The notes under the pieces were generated by a model. The model ran no database searches. It had not been told where the DNA came from and saw only the letters and a program-made list of their open reading frames with translations. The position numbers and the translations under genes are program-made. A DNA stretch of 64,000 bases from Oscillospiraceae bacterium (GTDB lineage Bacteria > Bacillota > Clostridia > Oscillospirales > Oscillospiraceae), in the NCBI GenBank assembly GCA_017466215.1, contig JAFTUO010000065.1, positions 544 to 64,543 on the forward strand, written 5' to 3'. Shown piece by piece: positions 1-10,369 of the stretch; within the stretch, counting starts at the first letter, position 1, and each line of letters starts with the position of its first letter.

Positions 1-374
1 TCAAGGAGGGAAACTTTTTTGACGCAGTAGGTGAGGGATCCAAAGTGTTTCTGCTGACAGATGGCGATGAACTGATCTCGTACTGCACATACGCCCAAAA
101 GGACGATATTCAGCCCACAGAGCTTTCTCCGTGGATGGGCTTTGTCTACACCTTCCCGGAGCGTCGGGGACACCGCTATGTGGGGATGCTGTTCGATGAG
201 ATCACACGCATCGCAAAAGAGGAAGGCGTTCGCCAGGTATACATCTCAACCAACCACATAGGCTTGTATGAAAAATACGGCTGTGTGTACAAAACCCAGA
301 TGAACGATATGGATGGAGAGCCCTCAAGGGTGTATGTAAAAATGATCGAATCCCACGATGCAGAGTTGACTTGA
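1..374 (+). CDS. GNAT family N-acetyltransferase (5'-truncated by window edge)
   Basis: Frame open from base 3; GFVYTFPERRGHRY (acetyl-CoA motif A-like) and GLYEKYG typical of GNATs. Confidence 0.8.
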   Translation, partial: KEGNFFDAVGEGSKVFLLTDGDELISYCTYAQKDDIQPTELSPWMGFVYTFPERRGHRYVGMLFDEITRIAKEEGVRQVYISTNHIGLYEKYGCVYKTQMNDMDGEPSRVYVKMIESHDAELT

Positions 375-464
375 ATAATTATGTGTGATAAAATAATAAT
401 ATCCAATATTTATGGATAAGAAGAGGAAAGGAGCAGGTATAGAACTCTATACCGGTGAAGATCA

Positions 465-2165
465 ATGAAGAACTTTAATTCAAAGATGTTGCTTAGATCC
501 ATCCTGGCCATCGTGATGGTGGCATCTATGCTTCTGTGCTGTGTTGCCTGTAAGCCCGCTGACAACGGCGGCAATGGCGGCGACAAGGAAGAAAATGTAA
601 ACAAGTATGAGGGATTGAACGATGCCGAGTATTTCCAGGCTCTGACGCAGGACACTCTGGATGATACTGTGGATGCTCTGGCTGCCGGTGTTAGCGCTTA
701 TGCCGATCTGGCTGGCACCACAACTATGGACGATTTCGGCGGCACGGTAGATCTGACGCTGACGGTTGGCGATATGATCATTGATATGATCGAGCAGGCC
801 ATTTTCGGTACCGCTGACTCCGGAATGGATATGTCCTTCCTGTCCGACATCGGTCTGGATATGGAGATCGACTCCACCAGTGAGCTTGCTCAGCTGCAGG
901 TCGCTCTGGGCCTTTCTGACACCGAGATCGTTGCACTGTCCCTGCTGGTAAATGAGGAAAACGTTTGGGCCGGCGCTCCCGCGCTGACTGACAAGTTCCT
1001 GGAAGTTAACTTTGCAGATATGGGCATTAATGTTGACGGTGCTACCGCTGTTACGCCCACCTGGATGACCTCGCTGCCGAGCATCATCCCCAGCGAAGAG
1101 AAGCTGGCTGAGATCCTGAACCGCTATATTGCTATGGCGCTGAAGGAGATCGACAAGGTCGAGCGCACCACCGAGACTCTGACTCTGGACGACCTGAGCC
1201 AGGAAGTTACTAAGCTGGACGTCAAGATCTATGAGCAGGACGCTCTGGATGTAGTAAAGGCCATTTTGACTGCAGCAAAGGCTGACCAGGATATCAAGCA
1301 GATCGTTGAGAACTTCGGCAATTTCTATAACGATATGATGGCCGAGAGCTACGCTGCCTACGATATGGAGTGGACAGATGTGGACGCCTATGCCGAATTC
1401 ACCGCGGCTGTTGACAGCGCGCTGACCAATCTGCCTGCCGAGGCTGAGGATACTGAGACTTATATCGGCCTGATCCTCTATGTTGACGGCAATCACAATG
1501 TGGTTGGCTGCAGCCTGACGACGCCCGCAGAGACGGAAGCTGTCGTTACCTACTACACTGTAACAGAAGGCAACAATTTCAAGTGCATTGCTGAGATGCC
1601 GGATGACACAAAGCTCACCGGCACCGGTACTACCAACAACGGCGTGATCACCGGCAATTACACGATCTCCGTTGAGGGTACTCCTGTTATCAAGTTTGAA
1701 CTGGTTGATTTTGACGCTACCAAGTCTGATGCCATCAGTGGCACTGTCCGTCTGGATCTTGGCCTGATGCTTGAGACCATCTTCATGACTTCTAAAGTCA
1801 GTCCGGATAATGCTGTTATTGCTGCTCCCACTGCACAGACGCAGTCTTCCAACGACATCTTCACTATGCTTGGTGTGGAGGACGTTATGCTGGAGCTGAC
1901 TCTGGACATTTCCGGCGACAAGGCGGATGTGGAAGCCAAGCTGGTTGGCGATGATGCATTGATCGTCGGCATCGCCCTGAAGCTGGCTGAAAGAGCGCCT
2001 GCTTCTATCCAGAAGCCTACCAATACCATCAAGCTGACCGGCCAGCAGTCTGTTATGGATCTGCTCAGCGGTATGAACTTCGATTCTGTCTTCGCAAACC
2101 TGCGCACTGCGGGCGTACCCGAGACTCTGGTAAATGCACTGGAGAGCATGGTACCTGCTGTTTAA
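465..2165 (+). CDS. Acidic lipoprotein of unknown function, associated with downstream ABC exporter
   Basis: 566 aa; signal peptide ending VA-C lipobox; RBS-like purine run upstream; strong codon bias. Confidence 0.75.
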   Translation: MKNFNSKMLLRSILAIVMVASMLLCCVACKPADNGGNGGDKEENVNKYEGLNDAEYFQALTQDTLDDTVDALAAGVSAYADLAGTTTMDDFGGTVDLTLTVGDMIIDMIEQAIFGTADSGMDMSFLSDIGLDMEIDSTSELAQLQVALGLSDTEIVALSLLVNEENVWAGAPALTDKFLEVNFADMGINVDGATAVTPTWMTSLPSIIPSEEKLAEILNRYIAMALKEIDKVERTTETLTLDDLSQEVTKLDVKIYEQDALDVVKAILTAAKADQDIKQIVENFGNFYNDMMAESYAAYDMEWTDVDAYAEFTAAVDSALTNLPAEAEDTETYIGLILYVDGNHNVVGCSLTTPAETEAVVTYYTVTEGNNFKCIAEMPDDTKLTGTGTTNNGVITGNYTISVEGTPVIKFELVDFDATKSDAISGTVRLDLGLMLETIFMTSKVSPDNAVIAAPTAQTQSSNDIFTMLGVEDVMLELTLDISGDKADVEAKLVGDDALIVGIALKLAERAPASIQKPTNTIKLTGQQSVMDLLSGMNFDSVFANLRTAGVPETLVNALESMVPAV

Positions 2166-2179
2166 CTTAGATTCTATAG

Positions 2180-2212
2180 GCATTTGGCGCTGTTTACAGC
2201 GCCAAATGCTTT
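2180..2212 (+). terminator. Strong intercistronic hairpin (terminator or mRNA stabiliser)
   Basis: gcatttggcgctgt-tt-acagcgccaaatgc followed by short T run. Confidence 0.6.
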
Positions 2213-2231
2213 ATCATGGGGATAGATTTTT

Positions 2232-2900
2232 ATGCAGATAGAAATTAAGAATATTTCCAAAAATTTTAAGAAGAAGGCTGTGCTCCGGGATATTACCCTG
2301 ACGGTCGAGCAGGGCAAGTGTATCGGCATTCTGGGCGCAAACGGCTGCGGAAAGTCGACACTTCTTTCCATTCTTGCAGGCGTGCAACCGGGAAACAGCG
2401 GAAGCTTTCTCTGCGACGGTGTGGATCTTCTGAAGGATGCACGCAAGCGCGCCCAGCTGGTGGGCTATGTGCCCCAGGGTACGCCGCTGATCGAGGAGCT
2501 GACAGCGTGGGATAATCTGCTGCTGTGGTATGATCGCGCTGCTTTGAAAAAAGAGCTGGAAAGCGGTGTTTTGCAGCTTTTGGGCATCGGCGATTTTCTG
2601 AAAGTGCCGGTTTCAAAGATGTCCGGCGGTATGAAAAAACGGCTGAGCATCGGCTGCGCAATGGCGAAAAAGCCGCCCATCCTGCTGCTGGATGAGCCGA
2701 CGGCTGCGCTGGATCTTGCCTGCAAGCAGCATATTTCGGAATATCTGCAGCATTACAAAAACTCCGGCGGTATCCTGCTGCTGACCACCCACGATGTGAT
2801 GGAGCTTTCGCTTTGCGATGCATGGTATATCATCCGTGACGGTGTTCTGACGCCGTTTCAATACGATGGCGACGTCGGCAAACTGGTAGAGAGCTTGTAA
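2232..2900 (+). CDS. ABC-2 type exporter ATP-binding subunit
   Basis: Walker A GANGCGKS, signature MSGGM, Walker B LLLDEP, H-loop TTH. Confidence 0.92.
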   Translation: MQIEIKNISKNFKKKAVLRDITLTVEQGKCIGILGANGCGKSTLLSILAGVQPGNSGSFLCDGVDLLKDARKRAQLVGYVPQGTPLIEELTAWDNLLLWYDRAALKKELESGVLQLLGIGDFLKVPVSKMSGGMKKRLSIGCAMAKKPPILLLDEPTAALDLACKQHISEYLQHYKNSGGILLLTTHDVMELSLCDAWYIIRDGVLTPFQYDGDVGKLVESL

Positions 2901-2901
2901 T

Positions 2902-4092
2902 ATGGGAAAGTATTTGTATTTGCAGCTGAAGCGGCTGCTGCGGATCTTGCTGCCGGTGATGCTGGTGGCTGCGATTTTGTTTGGCTGCCTTGCGCTGGCT
3001 TATCAGGCTGTAGTTTCGATGACGGACGATACCCAGGAGCAGGCGAAGATCAAGATGGGCGTCGTGGGTACTGCCGGTGATACTTTTCTGGAAATGGGTA
3101 TGCTGGCGCTGAAGACGATGGATTCCTCCCGATTTGCCATAGATTTTGTGCAGATGGAAGAACCGGAAGCAGAGGAAGCTATGCGCAAGGGCGATATTGC
3201 AGCCTTTGCGGTGATTCCCGAGGGCTTTATCGACGCGGCTATGTACGGCGAGATCATGCCGGTGAAGTATGTCAGCACAGCAGGCGCTGTGGGGCTGACG
3301 ACTCTGCTGAAGGACGAAATCACCAAGATGGTGGAAGACATTGTCATTCAGACCCAGAAAGGCATCTTCGGCACCGGAGATGCGATGCGCAACGAGGGCC
3401 TGAGCAGCGGCTCAGCGGAGAATGATCTCACCTTTAAGTATTTTGATTTTATTTTCTCCCGTTCCAAGATGTACGCTGTCAGTGAATTGGGCAACGGATC
3501 GGCAATGGGCCTGGAAGAATACCTGCTCAGCGGCTTTTGCGTAGTGCTTCTGATGCTGGTTTGCTTGGTGTTTGCGCCGACGATGGTGCGGCGGGATATG
3601 TCCCTTGCCAGAGTGCTTTCAGCAAACCGCAGACCGGTGATCGCTCAGGCGCTTTGCGATTTTGCCGTTTATATGATCGGGCTTCTCGGCGTGATCGCTG
3701 TGCTGATGATCTTTGCCGTGTGGACCGGTTGGGTGGATCTGACTGTAGGCGTATTTATTCAGTGGATTCCCGTTGTGATCGCCATCGGCGGTATGAGCTT
3801 TTTGCTGTACGAGCTGACCACAAATCTGATCAGCGGTGTTTTGCTGCAGTTCTTCATTAGTCTGGCGCTGTGCTTCGTTTCGGGCTGCTTCTATCCTGTT
3901 ACATTCTTCCCGGACTCCGTGCAGACGCTGGCGGCATACCTGCCCACCGGCATTGCCCGGACGCAGCTGGCGGAAAGCTTTTCCGGCGTGATACATATAT
4001 CCGGCGTGTTGGCCTTGCTGGGATACGGCGGCATTTTCCTTGGCGCAGCCGTGCTGATCCGCAAGGGCAAAGTCGCTCTCGTACGGGGGTGA
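2902..4092 (+). CDS. ABC-2 family permease
   Basis: N-terminal TM, large extracytoplasmic loop, C-terminal TM bundle with SGCFYP..LP motif; 1 nt after ATPase stop. Confidence 0.85.
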   Translation: MGKYLYLQLKRLLRILLPVMLVAAILFGCLALAYQAVVSMTDDTQEQAKIKMGVVGTAGDTFLEMGMLALKTMDSSRFAIDFVQMEEPEAEEAMRKGDIAAFAVIPEGFIDAAMYGEIMPVKYVSTAGAVGLTTLLKDEITKMVEDIVIQTQKGIFGTGDAMRNEGLSSGSAENDLTFKYFDFIFSRSKMYAVSELGNGSAMGLEEYLLSGFCVVLLMLVCLVFAPTMVRRDMSLARVLSANRRPVIAQALCDFAVYMIGLLGVIAVLMIFAVWTGWVDLTVGVFIQWIPVVIAIGGMSFLLYELTTNLISGVLLQFFISLALCFVSGCFYPVTFFPDSVQTLAAYLPTGIARTQLAESFSGVIHISGVLALLGYGGIFLGAAVLIRKGKVALVRG

Positions 4093-4097
4093 TGGAT

Positions 4098-5234
4098 ATG
4101 AAGCGATTATGCAAATGGTTTTTGCTGCTGAACAAGCGGCTGTATAAGAAAATTAGCTTTATTCTCATCCTGCTGCTGATCCCGGTGCTGGTATTTAGCT
4201 ACAGCACAGCGGCAGAAGAAAGCAGCGGCGTTATTACCATCGCGCTGGCACAGGTGGGGGACGATGAGATGGCTTCCGGTGTGATAGATTCATTGCTGGA
4301 GCAAAATAGCCTCATCCGTTTCCTAAGCTGCGAAACGCCCCAGTCGGCAAAGGATCTGGTCTCTGACGGCGAAGCGGATGCTGCCTGGATCTTCCCCAGG
4401 GATATGGAGGAAAAGGTCTATCGCTTTGTGGCCACCCAATCCCGCAAGGATGCCTTTATCCAGGTGGTGGAGCGTGATAGCTCTGTGCCGGTGATCCTGG
4501 CACGGGAAAAGCTCAGCGGTGCGATGTACGCCAATTGCTCCAAGGCGATGTTTATCTCATTCATTCGCAACAATGTGCCGGAATTGAACGATAAAACCGA
4601 TGCCGAGCTGCTGACGCACTACGATGCCATTTCCGTGGACGGAGACTTCTTCCGGTTCTCGTTTATGGAGTCGGCTGAGAGCGCCCAGGAGGCCCACGAC
4701 GCCAATTATCTGCTGACCCCGGTCCGTGGATTGCTGGCGGTGGTAACGGTCCTCAGCGCCCTTGCAGCGTCGATGTACTATATGCGCGACAGAAGCGCCG
4801 GCACGTTCTCCTGGATCCCGGAGCGCAAGGGTGCGCTGGTGGAGTTTGGCTGTCAGATGATCTGCGTGCTGAATGTATCGGCGGTGATCCTGATCGCCCT
4901 TTCCTTTAGCGGCCTTTCCGCGTCGCTGGGCAGGGAAGTGCTGATCCTTGCACTGTATGCTGTATGTACCGCACTGTTTTCTATGACGGTGCGCAGGCTG
5001 TGCGGCACGCTGACGACTCTGGGAACGGTGCTGCCGCTGCTGATCGTGGTGATGCTGGTGATTTGCCCGGTGTTCTTCGATCTGGGTATGCTGCGTGCAT
5101 TGCAGTACATTTTCCCGCCGACGTATTATATCAATGCCCAGTATTCTGACCGCTTTTTGGCGCTGATGGGTGTTTATAGCTTCGCACTTTTGCTGGTGTA
5201 TTACCTGACCGGCAAGGTGCTGCGTAGAAAATAA
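4098..5234 (+). CDS. ABC-2 family permease (second subunit)
   Basis: Same topology as upstream permease; ATG at 4092 (overlaps upstream TGA) or 4098 more plausible than ORF-track start 3870. Confidence 0.8.
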   Translation: MKRLCKWFLLLNKRLYKKISFILILLLIPVLVFSYSTAAEESSGVITIALAQVGDDEMASGVIDSLLEQNSLIRFLSCETPQSAKDLVSDGEADAAWIFPRDMEEKVYRFVATQSRKDAFIQVVERDSSVPVILAREKLSGAMYANCSKAMFISFIRNNVPELNDKTDAELLTHYDAISVDGDFFRFSFMESAESAQEAHDANYLLTPVRGLLAVVTVLSALAASMYYMRDRSAGTFSWIPERKGALVEFGCQMICVLNVSAVILIALSFSGLSASLGREVLILALYAVCTALFSMTVRRLCGTLTTLGTVLPLLIVVMLVICPVFFDLGMLRALQYIFPPTYYINAQYSDRFLALMGVYSFALLLVYYLTGKVLRRK

Positions 5235-5236
5235 TA

Positions 5237-5268
5237 AAAAAGCTTAGGGTGAAAACCCTAAGCTTTTT
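5237..5268. terminator. Bidirectional intrinsic terminator
   Basis: aaaaagcttagggt-gaaa-accctaagcttttt between convergent genes. Confidence 0.85.
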
Positions 5269-5278
5269 GTTTTGAATA

Positions 5279-7363
5279 TTAGTAATACAAAATATCGGAA
5301 TAGATGGGGTATGGCCAGTAGGATTTTGCGGTGAGACGCTCCAGCAGGTCGGCAGATCTGCGGACATCTTCCATATCCGGCACGATCACATCGCTGTAGT
5401 AATCGGCAGAAGCCTCCGTGCCTGCCGGGATATCCCGCAGGTGGGCGGCCATTTCCTCAGTCTTGCGGTACAGCTTGTCGCAGCATTTGCTGATCCGGCG
5501 GACGAGGTCAAGATCGCTGTCAGCGCTGAGGCCCAACTTCTGCTTGCGAAGCACAGACTCAGACAGATCAGAAGAATACTTCAGGCCGGCAGGCAGGATC
5601 TGCTGCAGCACCATATCCACCATTGTCTTGGCTTCAATGCGGGTGATCTTGCTGTAGGCTGCCATATGGATCTCATACCGGGCGCGGAATTCTGCCTCGG
5701 TGAAGATACCGCGCTTGGTAACCAGTTCGATATTCTTGGGGGAAATGTAGGTGGGCAAAGACTTTGCAGTAGAGCGCAGATTGCTCAAACCCCGGCGCTC
5801 AGCCTCAGCCTGCCACTGCAGAGAGTAGCCATTGCCATTGAAGATGATCCGTTGATGCTCCGTCAGAGTGTCGCAGATCAGCTTCTGCAAAGCGGAATCG
5901 AAGTCCTCGGCATTTTCCAGCACATCCGCAAATTTGCCCAGTTCCTCGGCCATAATGGTGTTCAGCGCAATATTCGGGCCTGCGATGGACTGGGAGGAGC
6001 CCAGCATACGGAACTCGAATTTGTTGCCGGTGAAAGCGATAGGGGAGGTACGGTTGCGGTCTGTGGTGTCCTTGGGGATAGAGGGAAGCACATCCACGCC
6101 GATTCGCACCAGACTCTTCTCGGGGTCGGTATAGTTGGTGCCGTTGATAATGGATTCCATCACGGCAGTCAGCTCATCGCCCAGGAAGATGGACAAAATG
6201 GCAGGGGGTGCTTCATTGGCGCCCAGACGGTGATCGTTGCCGGCATAGGCAACGGTTGAGCGCAGGAAGTCCTGATATTCGTCAATGCCCTTAATAAAGG
6301 CCGCCAGGAAAACCAGAAACTGTGCGTTCTGCCGGGGTGTATCGCCGGCCTTGAACAGATTTTTGCCGGAATCGGTGCAAAGCGACCAGTTGTTATGCTT
6401 GCCCGAGCCGCTGATACCGGCAAAGGGCTTCTCGTGAAGCAGGCACACCAGATCGTGCTTGGCGGCGCACTTCTTCATAATCATCATCGTCAGCTGGTTA
6501 GCATCGCAGGCGTTGCTGGCGTCGGAGTAGATGGGTGCAAGCTCGTGCTGACAGGGCGCGCCCTCGTTGTGCTTGGTCTTGGCTAAGATGCCAAGCCGCC
6601 ACAGCTGCTCATCCAGGTCCTTCATAAAGTTGGAGACCCGGGTGCGAATCGTGCCAAAATAATGATCGTCAAGCTCCTGACCCTTAGGCGGCTGTGCGCC
6701 GAAGAGGGTACGGCCGGTCAGCCGCAGATCCTCACGCTGGGCATACAGGCTTTTGGGGATCAGGAAATATTCCTGCTCCGCGCCAACGCTGACCTGGACC
6801 CGCTGGGTCTTGTCATCGCCGAACAGCCGCAGAATGCGCAGCGCTTCCCGGGATACCTCGTCCAGAGAACGAAGCAGGGGGGTCTTCTTATCCAGTGCTT
6901 CTCCGGTATAGGAGAAGAAGCAGGTAGGTATGTACAGACTGCCGTCCTTTACGAAAGCAAAGGCGGTGGGATCCCAGGCGGTGTAGCCACGGGCTTCAAA
7001 GGTAGCCCGCAGACCGCCGGAGGGGAAGCTGGAGGCATCGGGCTCACCCCGGACCAGCTCCTTGCCGGAGAATTCCATAATTACCCGGCCGTCGCCGGTG
7101 GGGCTGATAAAGGAATCGTGCTTCTCGGCGGTAATGCCGGTCATAGGCTGGAACCAATGGGTATAGTGGGTCGCACCCTTTTCGATGGCCCATTCCTTCA
7201 TAGCTTCTGCGATTACATTAGCCACGTCCAGAGGCAGGGAACAGCCGGTTTGCAGGCAGCTTTTCCACGCAGCGTAGGTCTGCGCCGGCAGGCGCTGCTG
7301 CATGGTCATATCGTTGAAAACATCCGTGCCGAAGATCTCTGGAATATTACATAGATTACCCAT
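5279..7363 (-). CDS. glnA: Glutamine synthetase type III
   Basis: 694 aa; THWFQP..TAEKHD, GEPDASSFPSGGLRATFEARGY, EQEYF, DRNRTSP motifs of GSIII. Confidence 0.95.
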   Translation of the reverse strand: MGNLCNIPEIFGTDVFNDMTMQQRLPAQTYAAWKSCLQTGCSLPLDVANVIAEAMKEWAIEKGATHYTHWFQPMTGITAEKHDSFISPTGDGRVIMEFSGKELVRGEPDASSFPSGGLRATFEARGYTAWDPTAFAFVKDGSLYIPTCFFSYTGEALDKKTPLLRSLDEVSREALRILRLFGDDKTQRVQVSVGAEQEYFLIPKSLYAQREDLRLTGRTLFGAQPPKGQELDDHYFGTIRTRVSNFMKDLDEQLWRLGILAKTKHNEGAPCQHELAPIYSDASNACDANQLTMMIMKKCAAKHDLVCLLHEKPFAGISGSGKHNNWSLCTDSGKNLFKAGDTPRQNAQFLVFLAAFIKGIDEYQDFLRSTVAYAGNDHRLGANEAPPAILSIFLGDELTAVMESIINGTNYTDPEKSLVRIGVDVLPSIPKDTTDRNRTSPIAFTGNKFEFRMLGSSQSIAGPNIALNTIMAEELGKFADVLENAEDFDSALQKLICDTLTEHQRIIFNGNGYSLQWQAEAERRGLSNLRSTAKSLPTYISPKNIELVTKRGIFTEAEFRARYEIHMAAYSKITRIEAKTMVDMVLQQILPAGLKYSSDLSESVLRKQKLGLSADSDLDLVRRISKCCDKLYRKTEEMAAHLRDIPAGTEASADYYSDVIVPDMEDVRRSADLLERLTAKSYWPYPIYSDILYY

Positions 7364-7403
7364 ATCGCCAAGTCCTTTCAGGTAGAAATAGCTTCACGCA
7401 TAT

Positions 7404-7432
7404 ATTCTATGCGATATTCCTAAAAAAAGCAA
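7404..7432 (-). promoter_or_regulatory. SigA-type promoter for glnA
   Basis: Minus strand TTGCTT-N17-TAGAAT. Confidence 0.5.
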
Positions 7433-7484
7433 GGAAAATTGAACAGAATGCCTAAAATAATTATGCAATTTCAGGAAGTTGGAC

Positions 7485-7513
7485 TTGCATTTTTCTCCAG
7501 TAGAGCATATAAT
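7485..7513 (+). promoter_or_regulatory. SigA-type promoter for aminotransferase operon
   Basis: TTGCAT-N17-TATAAT. Confidence 0.65.
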
Positions 7514-7554
7514 ATCAGCAATATCAATTTGTATTTTTGAAAGGATTGAGGAGA

Positions 7555-8880
7555 TTGAATTCATATCAGGATATGAGCATCGAAATGCTGCGGGCAGCTT
7601 ATGCGGCAGCGTGTAACGAATTCGACAGTTGGAAGGCTTGCGGTCTGAAGCTGAATATGGCTCGTGGTAAGCCTGCCAAGCTGCAGCTGGACCTGGTCAG
7701 CGACATTCTGACGGTTTTGACCGATGCGGATGATTGTATGATAGACGGCGTGGATGCCAGAAATTACGGTGAGCTGCAGGGTCTGAAGTGCGCCCGGGAA
7801 TACTGGGCTGATGTGCTGGGCTGCCAGTGGGATGAAACCTTTGTCGGCGGCGCTTCCAGCCTGACGCTGATGTATGACGTGATCTCCAAGGCATACAGCC
7901 ACGGCCTGCGCGGAAGCCATCAGCCCTGGTGCAAGGAGGAATGCGTCAAGTTTCTGTGCCCCAGCCCCGGATATGACCGACATTTCCGCATTACCCAGTC
8001 CTTTGGCGCAGAGCTGATCACCGTGAATATGACCGCCACCGGCCCAGATATGGATGCGGTGGAGGAGCTGGTCAAAGACCCTGCCGTGAAGGGCATCTGG
8101 TGTGTTCCCAAGTATTCCAACCCCGATGGCATCATCTACTCCGATGAGACCACACAGCGCCTGGCGAATCTGAAGCCTGCGGCTGACGATTTTGTGATTA
8201 TGTGGGACAATGCCTACTGTGTCCACGAGTTTGAGGGAGAGTTCCAGCCTTTCGAGGATATCATTTCCCTCTGCGCCAAGGCCGGCAGACCTGATATGGT
8301 CTATGAATTTGCTTCCACATCCAAGATCACATTCCCCGGCGCAGGCATCTCCGTTATGGCTTCGTCCAAGGAAAATATTACATATATGACCAAACTGATG
8401 GGCGTGCAGATGATCTCTTATGATAAGGTCAATCAGCTGCGCCACGTCAAGTACCTGAAGGATAGGGCAGGCACCTTGGAGCTGATGAAGCGCCACGGCA
8501 AGCTGCTGGCACCGAAGTTCCATATGGTGCTGGACGTACTGGAGCGGGAGATCGCACCGCTGGGCTTTGCCAATTGGATCCGTCCGCTGGGCGGCTATTT
8601 CGTCAGCCTGAACACAATGCCCGGTACTGCCAAGCGCGCGCTTTCGCTGTGCGCGGAGGCCGGCGTTACTATGACCGATGCCGGTGCGACCTATCCCTAT
8701 GGTATCGACCCCAACGACAGCAATATCCGCATCGCCCCGTCTCTGCCTCCGGTGGATGAGCTGGAAAAGGCAATGCAGGTATTCTGTACCTGCCTTAAGA
8801 TGGCGGCGCTGGAAAAGCTGCTGAACGAAAAGACTGGAGGAGTCAAAAATGCCGACACCGAAAGCGCTGTATTATCATAA
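7555..8880 (+). CDS. PLP-dependent class I/II-fold aminotransferase (aspartate aminotransferase-like)
   Basis: LNMARGKP, PGYDRHF, PKYSNPDG, WDNAY, STSKITF (PLP lysine); TTG start after GAGGAG RBS. Confidence 0.85.
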   Translation: MNSYQDMSIEMLRAAYAAACNEFDSWKACGLKLNMARGKPAKLQLDLVSDILTVLTDADDCMIDGVDARNYGELQGLKCAREYWADVLGCQWDETFVGGASSLTLMYDVISKAYSHGLRGSHQPWCKEECVKFLCPSPGYDRHFRITQSFGAELITVNMTATGPDMDAVEELVKDPAVKGIWCVPKYSNPDGIIYSDETTQRLANLKPAADDFVIMWDNAYCVHEFEGEFQPFEDIISLCAKAGRPDMVYEFASTSKITFPGAGISVMASSKENITYMTKLMGVQMISYDKVNQLRHVKYLKDRAGTLELMKRHGKLLAPKFHMVLDVLEREIAPLGFANWIRPLGGYFVSLNTMPGTAKRALSLCAEAGVTMTDAGATYPYGIDPNDSNIRIAPSLPPVDELEKAMQVFCTCLKMAALEKLLNEKTGGVKNADTESAVLS

Positions 8881-9487
8881 ACGCGGCGAGATCTTAGTCA
8901 AGAACTTAAAAAGCCGGCATTTTGATGCCTGGTACTGCGAAAATCGGGAAGAAGCCTTAAAAAAGGCGCTGGAGCTGATCCCTGAGGGTGCAACGGTTAG
9001 CTGGGGCGGCGCGATGTCTGCCCAGCAGATCGGCCTGATGGACGCGGTGAATAATGGCCCGTACAAGACCATTGATCGCGACAAGTGCCAAACAGCCGAA
9101 GAGCGGGAGCAGGCGGCGAAGAATGCTTTGTTCTGCGATGTGTATCTGACCGGCGCCAACGGCCTCAGCCTGGACGGCCAGATGGTGAACATCGACGGCA
9201 CGGGCAACCGGGTCGCGGCTACCATCTACGGCCCAAAGACTGTGCTGGTGATCGCGGGTATGAATAAGGTGATGGATGATCTGGACGCAGCGATGCAGCG
9301 GGCAAGGACTGTGGCTGCACCGTTGAATCAGATGCGCTTTCTGCGGGATAACCCCTGCACCGTTACCGGTACGTGTGCCGATTGCAAGAGCGAGACCTGC
9401 ATCTGCAATCAAATCGTGATCACCCGCCATTGCCGTCCGGCAGGGCGGATCAAATTCATCCTTGTTGGTGAGGATTTGGGCCTATGA
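8849..9487 (+). CDS. LUD-domain (lactate utilisation LutC-like) protein
   Basis: NIDGTGNRV, GMNK, C-terminal Cys cluster C..TG.C.DC....IC. Confidence 0.8.
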   Translation: MPTPKALYYHKRGEILVKNLKSRHFDAWYCENREEALKKALELIPEGATVSWGGAMSAQQIGLMDAVNNGPYKTIDRDKCQTAEEREQAAKNALFCDVYLTGANGLSLDGQMVNIDGTGNRVAATIYGPKTVLVIAGMNKVMDDLDAAMQRARTVAAPLNQMRFLRDNPCTVTGTCADCKSETCICNQIVITRHCRPAGRIKFILVGEDLGL

Positions 9488-9900
9488 AGAAGATTCGGGA
9501 TCTGATAGAGCGCTATTATGACGTGCTGGCTTATCTGTTTTTCGGCGGTCTGACCACTGTGGTAAACTATCTGGTATATCTGCCTTGCTTCAACTGGTGG
9601 GGGAACTCCTCCAGCGTCAGCAATATGATCGCCTGGGTGTTTGCGGTGGCCTTTGCGTTCCTTACCAATAAGCCGTTTGTGTTTAAGAGCCACGATTGGT
9701 CAGCCAAGACCCTTTGGCCGGAGCTGACGAAATTTGTGGGCTGCCGGCTCGGCTCCGGAGTGCTGGAAACGGCGATTCTGTGGCTGACGGTGGATATACT
9801 GCTCTTAAATGGCAACTGGATGAAGCTGATCACCAGCGTGCTGGTAATCGTAGCGAACTACTTTGGCAGCAAGTTCCTTGTGTTTATTAAGAAGAAATAA
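9484..9900 (+). CDS. GtrA family membrane protein
   Basis: YLFFGGLTTVVN, TNKPFVF, NYFGSKFLVF; 4 TM. Confidence 0.88.
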   Translation: MKKIRDLIERYYDVLAYLFFGGLTTVVNYLVYLPCFNWWGNSSSVSNMIAWVFAVAFAFLTNKPFVFKSHDWSAKTLWPELTKFVGCRLGSGVLETAILWLTVDILLLNGNWMKLITSVLVIVANYFGSKFLVFIKKK

Positions 9901-9905
9901 AAAAT

Positions 9906-9935
9906 ACCGACTGACGAAAGTCAGTCGGTTATTTT
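9906..9935. terminator. Bidirectional intrinsic terminator
   Basis: accgactgac-gaaa-gtcagtcggt flanked by A and T runs. Confidence 0.8.
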
Positions 9936-10369
9936 TATTTCCCGTATGCTTCTTTTAGATACAAAATGGCTTGGCGGTAGCCATCCAGGCCCTGGCCTTT
10001 GATGGTCTTTTCACAGTACATTCCGGGGTAGGAGATCTGACGGAAAGATTCTCTTGCATCCACATTGGAGATGTGGACCTCAACAGCCGGGATGGCCACG
10101 GATTTCAGGGCATCCAGAATGGCAACAGAGGTATGGGTGTAGGCCGCGGGATTGATGACGATACCATCGACTTTTTTGTAGCTTTCCTGGATCTTGTCAA
10201 CGATAGCACCTTCGTGATTGGACTGGAATTGTTCGATATCCAGGTATTCCTCACGGGCGGTCTTGTCAATCAGCGAAAGCAGATCCGCGAAGGTCTGCTT
10301 GCCGTAGATTCCCGGCTCGCGGATGCCCAGCATATTGATATTCGGGCCGTTGATCACCAGAATTTTCAT
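9935..10369 (-). CDS. aroQ: Type II 3-dehydroquinate dehydratase
   Basis: NGPNINMLGIREPGIYG, QSNHEG, NPAAYTH, EVHISN. Confidence 0.96.
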   Translation of the reverse strand: MKILVINGPNINMLGIREPGIYGKQTFADLLSLIDKTAREEYLDIEQFQSNHEGAIVDKIQESYKKVDGIVINPAAYTHTSVAILDALKSVAIPAVEVHISNVDARESFRQISYPGMYCEKTIKGQGLDGYRQAILYLKEAYGK

